From Lingula anatina (lineage: Eukaryota; Animalia; Brachiopoda), in contig CM120641.1 in the NCBI GenBank assembly GCA_051362555.1, positions 44,398,401 to 44,462,400 of the forward strand: 64,000 nucleotides of DNA, read 5' to 3'. The notes below the pieces were generated by a model that had not been told where the DNA came from, made no database searches, and worked only from the letters and a program-made list of their open reading frames with translations. Every line of letters begins with the position of its first letter. Position 1 is the first letter of the stretch. This document shows, one piece after another, positions 11,964 to 37,452 of this stretch. A program made the translations under genes and the position numbers.

Positions 11964-14712
11964 TATACGTGTATTTTGGCTCTTCCGGGCGGTGTTAAGA
12001 ACTGTTGCTGAAAATAAAATTTAAAAATATTCGATTTCTGGTTTTGACTTTTTTTCTGAAAAAGTAAACGAATACCAGAGGCTGATAGAAGAATATAGAT
12101 GCGTTATCATAAAATTAATAAAGGAAGCATCGACTACTTACCGTGTCAGTTTCTCATCTCACGTCCGTTTTCGCCTTGACCCCCTAGCGCTACACTGCAA
12201 TAACCTGAGGAATGCATGCATCCTGGCTTTCACAGATAAACTGGGAATTCATTCTAATAATTGCAAACCTCTGCTATTTCTATTTATTGGTACTGGAAAC
12301 GTACTCGGAAGCGTGCTAATGTTAGTTTCCAGAAAGCTCTAAACCTCAGCAGATTAACTGATGCGGTTTCAGGACACCCTAAACAGTGTGTTCGTGTCCA
12401 GAGAAGGGGAGGGGTGGGGGAGGGTCCGGGCAGTTAAGTTTCGTCTTATATTCGATATTTTCTTAAATTTTGTAACCTACTAGACTACAGCGACCCCTGT
12501 GGAAGGCGAATAGAGCAAATATACCAAGAGTTTCAGAGATAATTATCTCATCTCTCACTTTTATTAACGACAGATCTCTGGGAACGACAGACACCTTTTG
12601 ATGAGAGACAAGTTCGCAATGAACTTTGGAAATTGGGATGGCTAGACATCGCCTTCGACCTTAAAAATTAATAAACAAAAATAAAGCGATGAAATACGAC
12701 CCCAAATTTCGTTATATTCATATGGTGCTAAATAAGAAAGAATAGAGAACCAGATAGGAGCAATAGAAAATTATGTGTAAACCGTACGAAATACTGTAGT
12801 TCATTTTGAGGAAACAAAATGTGAAGCGTTTTTCTTTTATCCGATCGGTATATCTTACGTAATCACGATTACCAGGGACCATCACAAACCAGAATAAAAA
12901 CACCAAACGATGCGTGGACTAAAAATTTATTAATGTAGTTTGAAGTCGCATTTAAAAAGTAACCGTTTCAGCTACAAGTTAACGGTTCAGTCTGTATTTT
13001 TTAAAAAGTATACTTTACACTTAATCTTTCTTCCGATAACATTCTTACTTTGTCATTTCGGCAAGTTTTAAAACGTATAATTGTGGCCACGTTAAATTTA
13101 CATTAAAGATCCGAAGTCAAGAAATATATCGCCTCTAAAAATTTCAATGAAAGCGAAAGAAAACGAATCATATATAGCAGCACAATTGAGCAAAACCACT
13201 GCTTTAACATTCATTCTATGTATTACATCTGAAAGGCTGACGTATTATTAAATAACAGGAATATACACTTTTGTAGGGAGAGATAGGCGTCGTACTCCAA
13301 TCGTCATACTATGTTTATCCTATGCCAAAAGTAAATAATAATGATAATAATATCCACAATAAAGTTTCTGGCCAGAACAAAACACGACTGACATTTATAT
13401 CGTCTTCATTCAGAAGAAAACTGACATTGGCTATTAGGATTCTCAGAAACTGGAAATAAGGCTCTATTTTTGCCACTTCTTACTGGTCAATATCCCCTAG
13501 TTGGTCAGTCAGAAAATTAAAAACTGCCCAAATGTATAAAGCTTATCTTAAACCTTCCAAATCGAAATTGCGTTTTTATCATTACAATATCATGTAAAAG
13601 GTAAAGAAGTTCAGGTAACCACTGAAATGAATACCGTTACCAATATAAATTCTGTGTAATATTATTATTCATTCCAGAGCCATGTTTCGTTTTATCCAAA
13701 TACTAGATATATAAGGAACACTTGACAAGGTCAACAAATTTCATGAGGATATGCTTGTCGAAATAATTTAATTTAAATCATCAAATAAAAAATCTAAATC
13801 AATCAAATGATATTCAGATTTACCTCAATCAATCTCTTAAGAAACCACCTAAACTAAGTTATATTTATGTATATAGATGTATTCTACCCACTGAAACCTG
13901 TGTTACATATAATAAAACAGGTAATAAAATGTGAACCGTGCTCTGAAAGAGCGATTCATAAATAAGGATATCTTGAAATGAGGTATGATACAGTGTGTGT
14001 ATGTGAAATATACAATGAAACAGAAAACAAGTTGTGAGTTGAAGAACACAATGATTCCTAAGGCAGCAGGGACAGGGACAGACCGCCGCAAGTAGCTGAA
14101 GTCTGGCCTTATGAAACGAATCTATACAAAGCAGCAATAGCAGTGTGGGCATTGAAATGTGTACCAATATGATTTAAAAAAAAAAAAAAAACTGAAAATG
14201 AAGAGGAATAGTTAAACAAGGGGTAAGTTTTGCACAGGGAGCTTTTTTTTTTCTTTATTTCATATCCATGCTATCCTCTGATGACTCTATAACCCTGAGG
14301 TACATACCATATTTGAGTGAAGAATGTTTGCAAGATTTAATCAGCAGCTGTTAACAACCTGCACAAATTAAATCATTTTCACTCCTAAGTGCCAGGTAGC
14401 CCAATGGGTAGCACTTTTTAAACAAAGACCCATGTAAGGCATCAACTCGTTATGTTATCCAAATTTCACTCCACGAATGTCCAAACTTCCATACACATCT
14501 GAAGGATCTGTGGTCATTCTTTCAAGGAAAGTTATCATCACAGCTGTTAGATATGCTTCACAACATACACTGGTTGTACGATCTACATGAAAAGTTGAGT
14601 AAGACACGCCTCCTTGTGCAAAAACCTATGCATGAATCCCACAGAAAGATTTCCACAAAAGTCTGGGAAAGGCCGTGTGGGACTCGTCTGTGCCCAGATC
14701 TCTGCTGCTGAA

Positions 14713-25823
<11,111 letters not shown>

Positions 25824-26139
25824 TGTCTTAGCAATGTCACTTATAGAAAAACCAATAGTTAGAACATTCAGGAGATCTTTTAAAACACACAAATGGCAGC
25901 GTGTTACGATTCCCAGAGAAGTCCTTTCATATGAGAGTATTTTACCATGATAATGTTCGCACGAAATGTGTAGGCGGCCTTCGTCCAAAGAAAAGACCGA
26001 TAATCTTGCGAAAATGAATCGAATATGACAACTCAGTTAACAGATTCTATTGCCTGAATATCCCTGACACAAAATTACAATTCACAACGAAACATATTCT
26101 TAGATAGTCAATAAAAGTACGAAATCACAGGCACTCCTA

Positions 26140-26420
26140 CGACCACAGACTGTTGTGACGGAAGCTCTCCTTCAAAATGGCTGCCATATGTAGTCCTAAA
26201 AATAAATGCGCAATTAAAATATGTGGCATATTTTAGCTTTATTTCAAGTGTCAAAGTTATTTTTCCAATTAAACATTAATACCATTAATTTTTTGAAATA
26301 GTCACATTTTTAAAAATCAGGCCATCTATGGCGATGTTATTTAGATATATTGATGCACTATAATATCCGCCGGAAATAAGAGCGCAACATCGCGCTCGTG
26401 GGTGTTGTTCGGCTTTATCA
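26140..26420. promoter_or_regulatory. Putative bidirectional promoter shared by NudE (minus) and MARF1 (plus)
   Basis: Locally CpG-rich with ETS-like cores (cggaag 26159, ccggaaat 26370) and a YY1-like aaaatggc (26174); no clear TATA. Lies between the NudE ATG exon and the MARF1 non-coding first exon, which ends at 26541 (CAG|GTAATA). Confidence 0.6.
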
Positions 26421-27464
26421 ACAATCATGAACGTGAAGTTTTGAATGTCGACGCTTTCTTTCCCCCTTCTCTCCTTCCTTCGTTGCTGGAACGCAGAAGA
26501 AAGCGGAATGATGTAGCTTCACCGTCGGAGGAGGAGGTCAGGTAATAGAATATACTTTAAATCGACTGGAACGGTGTTAGATTATGAATTGGATTGAAAG
26601 CGAAACTGTCCGTATGTAAGGTATAAATGAACGTTATGTAATATGTTTCATAATTGCTGTTTTGTAATGGTTTCCATTTGTGCAAATGGAAACATCAAGC
26701 ACTGACCTTTTGGATTGCTTTCAATAGTCTAAAAGAATTTTGAAAAGATCAATGTACTTTAGATTTCAATTTGTATAAGGGCACTGTAGCTCTGTAGTGT
26801 AATTTACGTATGTTAATAATTACCATACTCTTATCACCCAAACCCAACATATAGTTTATTATTATACAGGTGCAAATAAGAAAAAAGACATACTCTTAAA
26901 AACGTTAAGTGTACAGATTGCAAACTATATTTCATTACTTTAGGGTCTCACATGAATAAATTTGTTTCTAAGTTTCACTCTCCTGGAATCATGAATAATA
27001 AAATAAAATTAATTTTTTAACCCCAAAAAGGGACGTACTTTACTGTCACAAATGCAAAACGTCTAGCTGTGGTAAAGTTTTAACTTTGAAAATTCAATCA
27101 TCAATGGTTTTGTTCTTTAATTTATCTGGTATTCATATAATGTTGTAAAAAATTATAATCTTGTGTATAGGGCAGTTTTTAGTGACTTTAGTTTGTTTGT
27201 CACTGAATATTTTAAAAGGGAGGAAAGTACACCCTACTGACAGTAAAATAAACATTTAATAAACTATTGATCAGAAATGTCAAACTATCATGGAATCACA
27301 ATATATCAGAAATGATCTTAATTTAATGGAATGTTTTAATTGTTTTCAGGAGGAGGATGAGGAAAGGAAAAAAGAAAAGAAACTGAAAGTGCCCTGAGTA
27401 GTTTAGCTCTTCAACTCTGTAGTTCCTTCGCTTTTCCTTCTAATCGCTAAGTGAATGATAAATA

Positions 27465-30400
27465 ATGACAACATATGCTGAAGCAGGTATTTGCTTGTAT
27501 ATTTCCTTGTTCAGTGAAATGATATTGTACAGATCTTTTTTACCAAGTCTGCTGCTGATTGGAGAACAGTAAAAAAAAGAAAAAATATATAACTCAGTAA
27601 AAAAAAGGAAAAACATATTTCAAGCTTTGTGGTATAGACTAATACAACTTCCAATTTCTAAACTATTGAATGGAAGTAAATGTGATTGAATGAGTGACTA
27701 GACAGAAGAATTTGGAAATGTTAATGAACTAGCATAGTTGAAAACAGAAAAAGTTTAAGCATTATTAAAGTGTGTTAATTGTTTTGTTCCATTCCTCTTT
27801 AGTTAAAAACCAAGGGGTGTTGCCCCCGATTGGAGTGTTTTGGGACATAGAAAACTGCTGTGTCCCTAGATCCAAATCTGCATTGGCAGTGGCCCAGTGC
27901 ATACGGGAGAAGTTCTTTGTTGGGCACAAGGAGGCCGAGTTCATGGTGGTGTGTGATGCTAGCAAGGAAAACCCTGTGATTATAGAGGAATTGCATAATG
28001 CCCAGGTGAGCGTGCAGTAAGATCAACTTTTGAGCAACAGAGACACCATTTCTAAAAGATATGACTGTCTGCTGTGCACTGCATGCATTTCATTAAAAAG
28101 GGCCTGTGTGTTTTCAGGTAACAGTTGTCCATGTCAGATCCTCATCTAAAAATGCTGCAGATGACAAACTTCGCCAGAAACTCCGACGCTTTGGCAGCAC
28201 TCACTCTCCCCCTGCTACTGTAGTGCTTATTTCAAGTCAGTATATCTTACTTTGTTCTTTGGACAATATACTGTTTTAGGGCTAAAGACACCATTTGAAA
28301 GGCTTTAATATACCTCTTGTAAAATTACAGGCCACTGACTGGTCAGTTACCATGTATTATTTTGAATAAATAGTTGAGGGTTACTATTAGTTTTAGTGGC
28401 TGTGCAATGTTATAAGATCCTATGCCTAGGTTAAGGTAGTTTCTGGCCCTCGATTTGGTCAGTTACCACAGTCTGTTTTGAATATTTCCAATTTTACATG
28501 TCAGAAATACTTGACTGGTTGAATGCATCTATTGGAAATTATTTCTTCATTTTGCCATTAATCAGGTGACATTAACTTTGCTGAAGAGTTGAGGTATTTG
28601 CGACACAACTGTGCTTTTCATGTGGTTTTGGTCCACAGCAGACAAGTTTCCAATGGACTCCTTGCTTTTGCACATGAACACTGTTGTTTTGATGATCTGG
28701 TAGCAAATGTATCTTCACGATTCGAACTACTTGTAAGTACTTGATTTTTTTTAATCTTCAAAATTCTTGTCTTGTTTTATCAGTTGATTTTTAATAATTG
28801 TTTTTGAAAACTATAATGGACTGAGTGACTTTTCTTCTTAAATTTACCATGATAACTGTGAACTTATTTAATGATTTGCACTTATTGTTTCCTTTAAGTG
28901 GGAAATATTAAAATTTGATTTTTTTTACAATTTCTTTTTGACTATATTGAAATATTTATTATTTTTAAAAAGGAATCCAAGAGAGAACGGGAATCATTAT
29001 CAAAAAGCTCAAATTATGCTGAAAGTCCAACTTTCTCTGATGCTGGATCAACTGAGGTATATAGAATTTTGTTATATGAATAATTCATTTTCTTCACAAA
29101 CTAACTGAATCACTTGCAGTACAAAATGATTAAATTCGTGTGGCCTCCTCCTCTAACTATTTTATGTCTTCATATTTCAGACAGCCAATTCTAAGAATGA
29201 GCTTGTTGTTACTAATTTACCCTTGAACAAGGAGACACATTATCTTCGCCAGAAGTTGAGATTTCTCTCTGATAACTGCGGTGGAAAAGTGAAGAATATT
29301 TCTCACGGATCTGCTTTAATCCGCTTTGCTAATGCAGATGATGCTGCCAGGTATGTCCTTTTTTTAAAAGATAAAGTTGAGTATGCATTACACCTGAACA
29401 TAACAAAAAAAAAAAATTCTGGAATTTTCCACAATTTTCTCTTTGTCAAGTTTATACCCTCTCTTAAAATATGAAAAAAATGTGCAATGTGTTTTTTTGT
29501 ATTTTTTTTCATTTTGACAAATTGAAGTTTTTGAAAATTGTAGTAAATTTTAAATACAAAAAAGTTGAAGGATTGATACAACCCAGTCGAAAATACAAGA
29601 GAAGATATTATCCTTTTTACACAAACTAACTAGTCCCTTTGAAATACATTCATGGACTACCTGTGAATATACTTGTGACATTATTGCTGATGTGACATGT
29701 TGTCAAGAGAAGTTCATTCCCAGTAGTGTAATTAAGTGGGAATACTGTTCACTGAATGAACTGGGATATTGGACCATCAACTGACAGGGGGTTTTGTTAG
29801 GGGAGGAGTGTTACATTTGTCTTTTTCATCTTCCAATATAAATTTTGTCAATTAACTTATAATAATTTTACGCCTCATTTTAGAGATAATCCAGTTGATA
29901 CAAATTTTATCCATTTTTTGTATGAAAACTTTATAATGTAATAATAGAAGAAATAGATAAGGCCTGTAAATATCACCCCTTGAAGATGGCCTTTTCCATA
30001 GGCCATATTATGTAACATCTGTGGTGGAAAAGAAAGTACAGCACAGTGCACTGTCAGTGGAGCATTAGCAGGTATGCTGAAGACAGTGAAAGGCCATAAG
30101 GTAAACTGACATTTCACATCTCTTTGTAGTGTGGCATTGCTTGAGTCTTCTGAAAAAAATATTTGACTTATTTGGAATGTTCCATGGTTTATTTATGTGT
30201 TTGTTTTTTCAGAGCTTATACGCGCATGCAGGGTGAAAGTATATATGGCTCGAAAATAGAGGTGAATTTTGCTTCTAACTCCAACAGAACAGTCACTGAA
30301 ATCTTGAGAAGAAGGATGAAAGGTAAGCTATTTTTCCTTCCCCCTCAATCTGCCCTTAAATATTATGCGGTATGCAAATATTAGCCAAATCCAGTAACCA

Positions 30401-33400
30401 AATGATCTTTTAAAGGCTGTCACTTTTCTGAGAAAATGGTATATTCTACTCTTATTACATGTTATTAAGATTCCATGCATGAGAACAGTTACAGTAGCAA
30501 TACTCTTATTTAAAGGCATACTACATTTATACAACATGACTGCAAGGGGTTTGTGGCATATTTCTGTATAAGAAGAAAGACCCCCCCATTGTCTTAAACC
30601 CCGTCAGTCTACTTATATTCTTTGCAGAGACTCTCCCTGAATGACACATCTCATTTTCAACGTACGCGTATGATCGCCTGCTTTTGTGTATTCTACTTTA
30701 AAAGGAAACATAGTAATCTGTATTCTACTTAAAGAAACATAGTTATCTGTTAAACTGATTGCATTCAGGAAGAGCCATGTGGATTTGGACTGATCTACGT
30801 AGACCAATGGTGTCTACTGTTGGGTCATGTCGTTACTCCCCCCACACCAATACGCCCCCGCACCATTACTCCCCTGCACCGATACTCACCCGTACCAATA
30901 CCCCCCTTAGTAAATTTTTGTGTATTATGCGCATCGATACAACCCCACACCATTAAATCCCCGCATCGATACATCCCCAGGAAAATTGCTGAGGTTGGTG
31001 CACTATTACTCCCCCACACAGATACTCCCCCACATCACTGCTTCCCTGCATCGATCTTGCAGGGGAGTAACGGTGCGGGGACGTATAGGGATGTACTGTC
31101 TATGGGAATGGGGTCTAACGCATTAATTCATGTTGGATCCAAAATGACCCACAAGTTTAAAATCCTATGTCAATTTTGAAACATAACAGTGGGAATTTTA
31201 AATTCTGAATGTTAATATCTATCTCCTTTTTAGTTGTAGACCTACATGTGGTTTGTAAATGTATTTCCTGAATGATGTTTTATTGTACAACATGTGGTTT
31301 TAGCCACATAGGGTTGTATATCGTAGTAAGATTTGTAAATATTTATTTGAGAAAAAAATTTTCTTTTTTTCAGCTTCATGCGTACAAGAGCCTCCTCGCT
31401 TACCTCGACCTATTCGTGCCAAAAAAGAGTCCCCCTGTCGCAGCAGAACTGCGGATAAAGTCTCTGACAGTGCAGATGGCAGCAGCACAGAAACCGAGCA
31501 AGTTGCAGCCAGGCAGAGTTACTACAGACCTTCAGAGAGGACAGATCAAGTGCATGATAATGATAATGATAATAACCCAGGGAACCCACAAAAGCCCAAC
31601 ACAAAGACCTTCTTGGTACTTCAGCAGCAGCTATTTCAGGATGAGCAGCAGTATAAACTGAACAAAGAGAAAGATGGCACCAGCGTCCAAGAGATGCCAT
31701 TTCTGAAACCACAGGAAGTTCCACGTCCAGCCTCTGCTCCAACACTTGGTGATATGACCTTCCATGGCTCTGGGTATGTGAGGAGGAGTCCATCACCGAT
31801 GATGATGATGAATCGTCAGAATAGTGACAGCTATGTACAGTCTTATCGGGTTGCCCCTCGGCCTATCCTTTCAGCTTCTTATGATGGTGGTAGTCAGACC
31901 TCTCTGTGTTCATTAGGGGAGCCATTTGTTGAGCTTTTGGTTTCCAACTTGGATTACAACATCAGTGCTAGGGAATGGAAGAAAATATTGTGGAGCACAT
32001 TTGCACAACAGATTACTGTAAGTATAAAGATTTAAGAGAGTTAAGTGTCTATACGGGAATTCAAAGTCCACACTTTACCAGTTGCTGTTGTAAAAAGTTT
32101 GAAAGTGTTTGTTATTTATTCTGCAGACTAGGAAACTAGGAGTTTTATTGCTAATTAGATGATAATTAGATGATTCTTTGGCATTGTATGAATTATATAT
32201 CTGAAACCAATAACAAAGCTGTTTTATGTTGTTTTAGTCGATAACAGTGAATCATTTTGCAATTTTTTCAGGTCTTGGGGGTCCACATCCAGACCCAGAT
32301 GGACAACAACAATGTTGGCTTGATAAGAGTTCCCTCCCTGGATGAGGCCCGTTATGCCATCTCTATATTTCACAGAAAGAAGATTGGATATAAAAGGATC
32401 CATGTGACTGTGAGAGAGAACGACAGCAGAGTGGCATCTACAATCAAGTAAGTGATTTTTGTGATTTTTTTTTCTTTTTGCTTAAATTCTGCATCATTTC
32501 TTTACTTCTGTGTGTGAAAAGATTTTAAAAATGATATTCACTTGCCTACTAAGGAATGCACTTAATAATGTTCGATTTATTTGAATTAATGTTGATTAGA
32601 ATCTTTTAATATTTTGCTTTTGCTACTGATATAAATCTTTTCATTTAGGTCAGAAATCATTGCTTTACTGAAAGAAGTTCCTGGTCAAGCCTTACCCTTG
32701 TTCAAGTTTGTGGAAGTGTTTGAAAAGCGGTCAGTCCCTTAACCAAATTCAATTCAAATGAATTCCTACTTCAATTTAATAATTTTTCCAATTAAATGTA
32801 TATTTTACAGGATTACCTTTATACATTTGAAAATAAAAAGCATACCTCTTAGGCAACAAATACGATAGATTATTGTGGGTCAGCGTTTTAAATTTGATTT
32901 TTCTGAGATTTTGTGAAACTAGTCCCAGAAGGAGGGGTGTGTATGGGGGTGGGGACTGTGAAAAGCCTGCTGGAAGCTGTCACCAAACTCGAAAGGTGTA
33001 TGTCTTACACAAGTATCTTAGATCCTATTCTACCAATTGCCAGGTACCACCGTGCCATCAGTGTGTCTGAGCTGTTCAAGTTGAAGGATGTGGTGGAGAT
33101 CCAGGACCAGGATGGGCCAGGAAGGAGGGTGAAACTGTTGCCAGGCTTGCTGCACAGCCCTACACTGCAGGATCCTGAGGATGCTGAGGTACAAACACAT
33201 GCACATATACAAACATGTATACATATACAAATACATATACATTTATATAGGTGTGTGTGAAAAGAAAGGAGACTGGTGTTACAAGCTGTACAATTCAATT
33301 CCAATCAACATTATTTAGACAGACGGGTAACAAAAGAGAATGCTGGCGGGTGTACTATGTTCTTTATTCTTTCTAGAAGCAACAAATAATCGTGAAACAT

Positions 33401-36400
33401 ATACTCCCTATTTATTTAATAAGTTGGCTGTGTATACTCAGTCTCATTAACTTTAAGTGTTAAAACTTTTTTTGCTATCTTCTAAGGTCTCCTAAGCTAA
33501 GGTCCTGCCTGTCTCAGTACTTTCAAATGTCTGCCAAATTCAGCACAGAAAAGGCTAGCAGGTCACGTGGACTACTTCTCACTTATGCAAATCATAAGTG
33601 GAGAGACTGAGATTGTGCTAGTTGTGCCTCTAGTACTGCCAGTGCAATCATTGCACCTATAAATTACATGGGTCATTCAAAGTAATCCCCTGTAAGTTTA
33701 ATGCAGTTTTTCATCCTGCTATGCTATGCACTGCTGGAAGGATTCTTCTATGATGTTCCTCATTGTATTAAATTGCCTCCAGGTCTTTTAAATAGGTATT
33801 AGGGAGAAGAGATTACTCCAATACAGTGCTGTTCTTATTTACCTTATTTTCTTTGATGTTCTTAGAGTTTAAGACATAATTGAAAAGTGAGTTTGTGAAA
33901 TTCTTCACTTCACTGATTTTCTTTGGAATTTCAGGTTCAAGAGATTTTCGAAGTGCCAGTGTGTGAGATTCACTGTGGCAATCAGAACTACGTAGACATG
34001 CTGGATGCTGTGGTGCTGCCCAACGTGGTGCTGTCTCTCAGGAGTTTTGCACCACATGTTCACACTTTGTTACAGACTCACAATGGAAGTCTGCCCCTCA
34101 TCAGGTATGCTCTCTGTACTGGTCTGTGTGGAAGGCGAGGGTGCTTACATGCTGTCTGCACCTTAGATATTTCAGTTTTCTGACCTTGTATTTTAGATAA
34201 TTCCACTCTGTATAAATCAAATTTTGGAGCTTGCATTTTGCAGCTAACCTGCTAGGAATAGTATCTAGCATTTGTCTGTCACACATAGCAGATGTGGCAC
34301 TCGAGACTGTTCCAAGCCATAAGTCAATAAATCAGGTGAGGAGTCCATTCAGGGCATTACGTAGTAAAAGATGTCAGGCTGAGACTGTAAAGCGGGTTAG
34401 TTGCTAAACGTAACTTCCCAAATTTGATTAATATGCATTTCTCATTCTAATTTTACTGGATGACTAAAAACATTCATTCAATTTCACTGTGTGTTCAAAG
34501 GGTATTGTTTTGAACATTGCAGCTTTCCCCAGTGCTATGAGACAGAGTTTGGCCCCCTCCCCATGCTGGAGCAGGACGGGGTGCCCCTGGAGCACCTGAT
34601 AAGCTGTGTCCCCGGGGTGCAGATCAAGCTGTCCAAGTCTGGTATCAAGAAAGTTCACTGGGCAGAGAACAAGTCAGCATGTGATGGTAATATTTGTTCT
34701 TTAAATACTTTAATTTCTTGGTCCTTCCAAATTTGCTAGATTTCATTAATTTTGATATGGTTTGATTGTTTAAAATGTAACCTATGTATAGCTTAAGTTG
34801 CAAGAAACATGCAGACAGGTTGAAAGATCTAAAGTGTAAAAGCTATCATGTTATCAGCTTGAGATAACCATCCAATGACATAATCCATAAATATTTCAGC
34901 TGATGATGACCGTCCATGTCCATCCCTGGTGATGGGTCAGCAGTTGAACCAGTTTAGCCGTGAGGTTGTGGACCTGCTGAAGATGAGCCCCCACTCACAG
35001 ATTCCCTTCATGAAGTTCATACCAGCCTACCACCACCACTTTGGCCGCCAGTGCAGGGTGGCAGACTATGGCTATACCAAGCTGATGGAGTTATTTGAGG
35101 CTGTACCACACGTGCTGCAGGTGATGGAATGAATCTCCTTTGTTGTATCATGGACACTGAAGTGTTTTCATATATTTGGTGTAGCACATAATTTTTTATT
35201 GTCAGGCAGAGAAGAGGAAAGAGAGAGAGAATAAATCGAAAAATATAGGCATGGTGTACCTTGTCTCCTTGCATCCTACTCATGACTGAAGTTACACTAA
35301 CTTGGTATTTTGTTTTTGGCATTTCCTGTGCTATAAGCCAAATGTGCCATTTGTCAGCTTAATTTATGTGATATCCACATTTTCTTGGCATCCATGTATA
35401 TCACACACCCACACCCAACTGACTTTTGTGTATATATGGCATAATATCTAAACATATATGTATATACCTCTTCAGGTGATGGGCTTTGGTCAGCGTGTGG
35501 TGTTGACGCTGACCCATCGTGTCCAGGTGAGGCGGTTCACGGCTGACCTCCTTAGGGTTCTGAAGGCACAGCCTACCAAGTCCATTCCTGTTCATGAATT
35601 TGCAGATGCATATTGTAAGTATATGTGTTATTCACTTTATTTACTTAAAGGCACAACTAAGTAAAGAATATCCTCAAAATTTATTTCGCATTCATGTTTA
35701 CCTTTTAAATTTTTTTTTCATCAGCTAAATATGTCCTGAAGCCATTTGATATTGTTGACTATGGTGTGTGCTTCCTGGAAGACATGCTGGTGGAACTGCC
35801 AGAAACTACGGTCACTGTAAGTTGAGCCTTGGCATTTTTAAAAGAATTATTTTAATTTTTTATTTATTATTGTTATTTATTTATCACAAGTTTTAGCTAA
35901 TATTCAGAGCAAAAGTCATTAATGTCATTTTGAGTTGTTATAACTATTAACTTAAATTTTCATTATAATGGATTTACCATCTTTATGTAGGTATGCGGCC
36001 TTGGTGAAGAGATGATCATCACTATTCCAAGAAGAGGTGAGGATGGCCATCGGATCAATTTATATCATTTACAGCTAAGGAATGAAGTATAAGAGTAGCC
36101 TTAGTTATTTAAAACATATGCCATTTTTCATATTCTTTTAAAAGAAATTGTTTGGTATCATCCAGGATGTTTAAAATGAAATGAGAATAATAATGATAAA
36201 TGAAAACTATGAAATGCCTTATCTGTTTTATATGTACTGCAGACCAAACTGAGGAGGAGATGGAGCGGACCAGGCAGTTTGCCCTTGAGGTCGTTGACCT
36301 CTTAAAGCACAGTCCCCAGTGTGACATGCCCTTCAACAAATTCATCCCGGCCTACCACCATCACTTTGGCAAACAGTGCAAGGTCTCCGACTATGGATTT

Positions 36401-37408
36401 ACCAAACTTTTGGAACTCTTTGAGGCCATTCCAGACACAGTAGAGGTATAGATGAATACTTTTACTTCATTAAAGATTAAATTATATGCTTTAGTTTTCA
36501 CAAAGGTACTTGCACTGTATTTATTATTCAGATCATATTCTTACAATTCAGACCATATTCTTTAGTATATACAAAGGCACTGATTTGATTAGTAAGTATT
36601 TTAATATTCTGTACTATTTACAAGTTTTAACAATGTAACTCAGCATTATTCAGGATTACTGTTCACAGTTAACTGTTCTACTGCACAGTTCACAAAGATG
36701 TGATGGATGCTGCTAAAGGCAGGTTTGTTGGGCAACTGTCAACCACCTTGAAAAGAAAAAATATATTAACCAGCCCGTATTTGTTTTAGATTGTTGAAGA
36801 ACCTGGAGATGACAAAATCATTCGGCTGACAGAGAAGGAACTGTTAAAGGTGCTATCACAGCAGATGGTGGAGATGCTTAGGTCGGAGCACAGTCAGTGC
36901 ATCCCTCTGGCACAGCTGGGGTCAAAGTTTATGAGTTGCCATGGACACGCACTCCGACTTGAAGACTATAAGGTGGAGACATCTACCGAGTTGCTAGGGA
37001 AACTGAAACACATTGTCAGAGTAAGTCAATATTGACTTTCTACAAAACAAATATTGTTCTGTCACTAATTCGAAAGTTATTTTTTGATTTTTCTCTACTT
37101 TATAGATAAGCCTATAAGTTTATCCTGTAAGACCATATCATATGTAAACCCTGAAAATTAAATGATTATCTCTTTCAAGTTATCATAGTTCATTTGGATT
37201 TCAGTATTGGTTTACAAATTGGGATTTTCAGTTACTTACACAATTTCATCTAAAAACTAATCTTTCCCACTGTTTTTGCATATATGAGTGCATACACCTG
37301 ATATGCAAGAGAGAGAATATGAATTAATGTCACATGCTTCCCGCAATCTGGTGTTGTTATTGCACAGCATGTTTATGTGCATGCTACATGAGCATGCGTG
37401 TGAGGTCC

Positions 37409-37452
<44 letters not shown>

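Noticed and set aside
14390-14415. tRNA/SINE A-box-like start gccaggtagcccaatgggtagcac
   Set aside because: No B-box or cloverleaf follows.
34900-36445. Two near-identical [10 protein letters not shown]…DYG…ELFEA peptides in MARF1
   Set aside because: Expected internal LOTUS repeat similarity of the family, not a new duplication.
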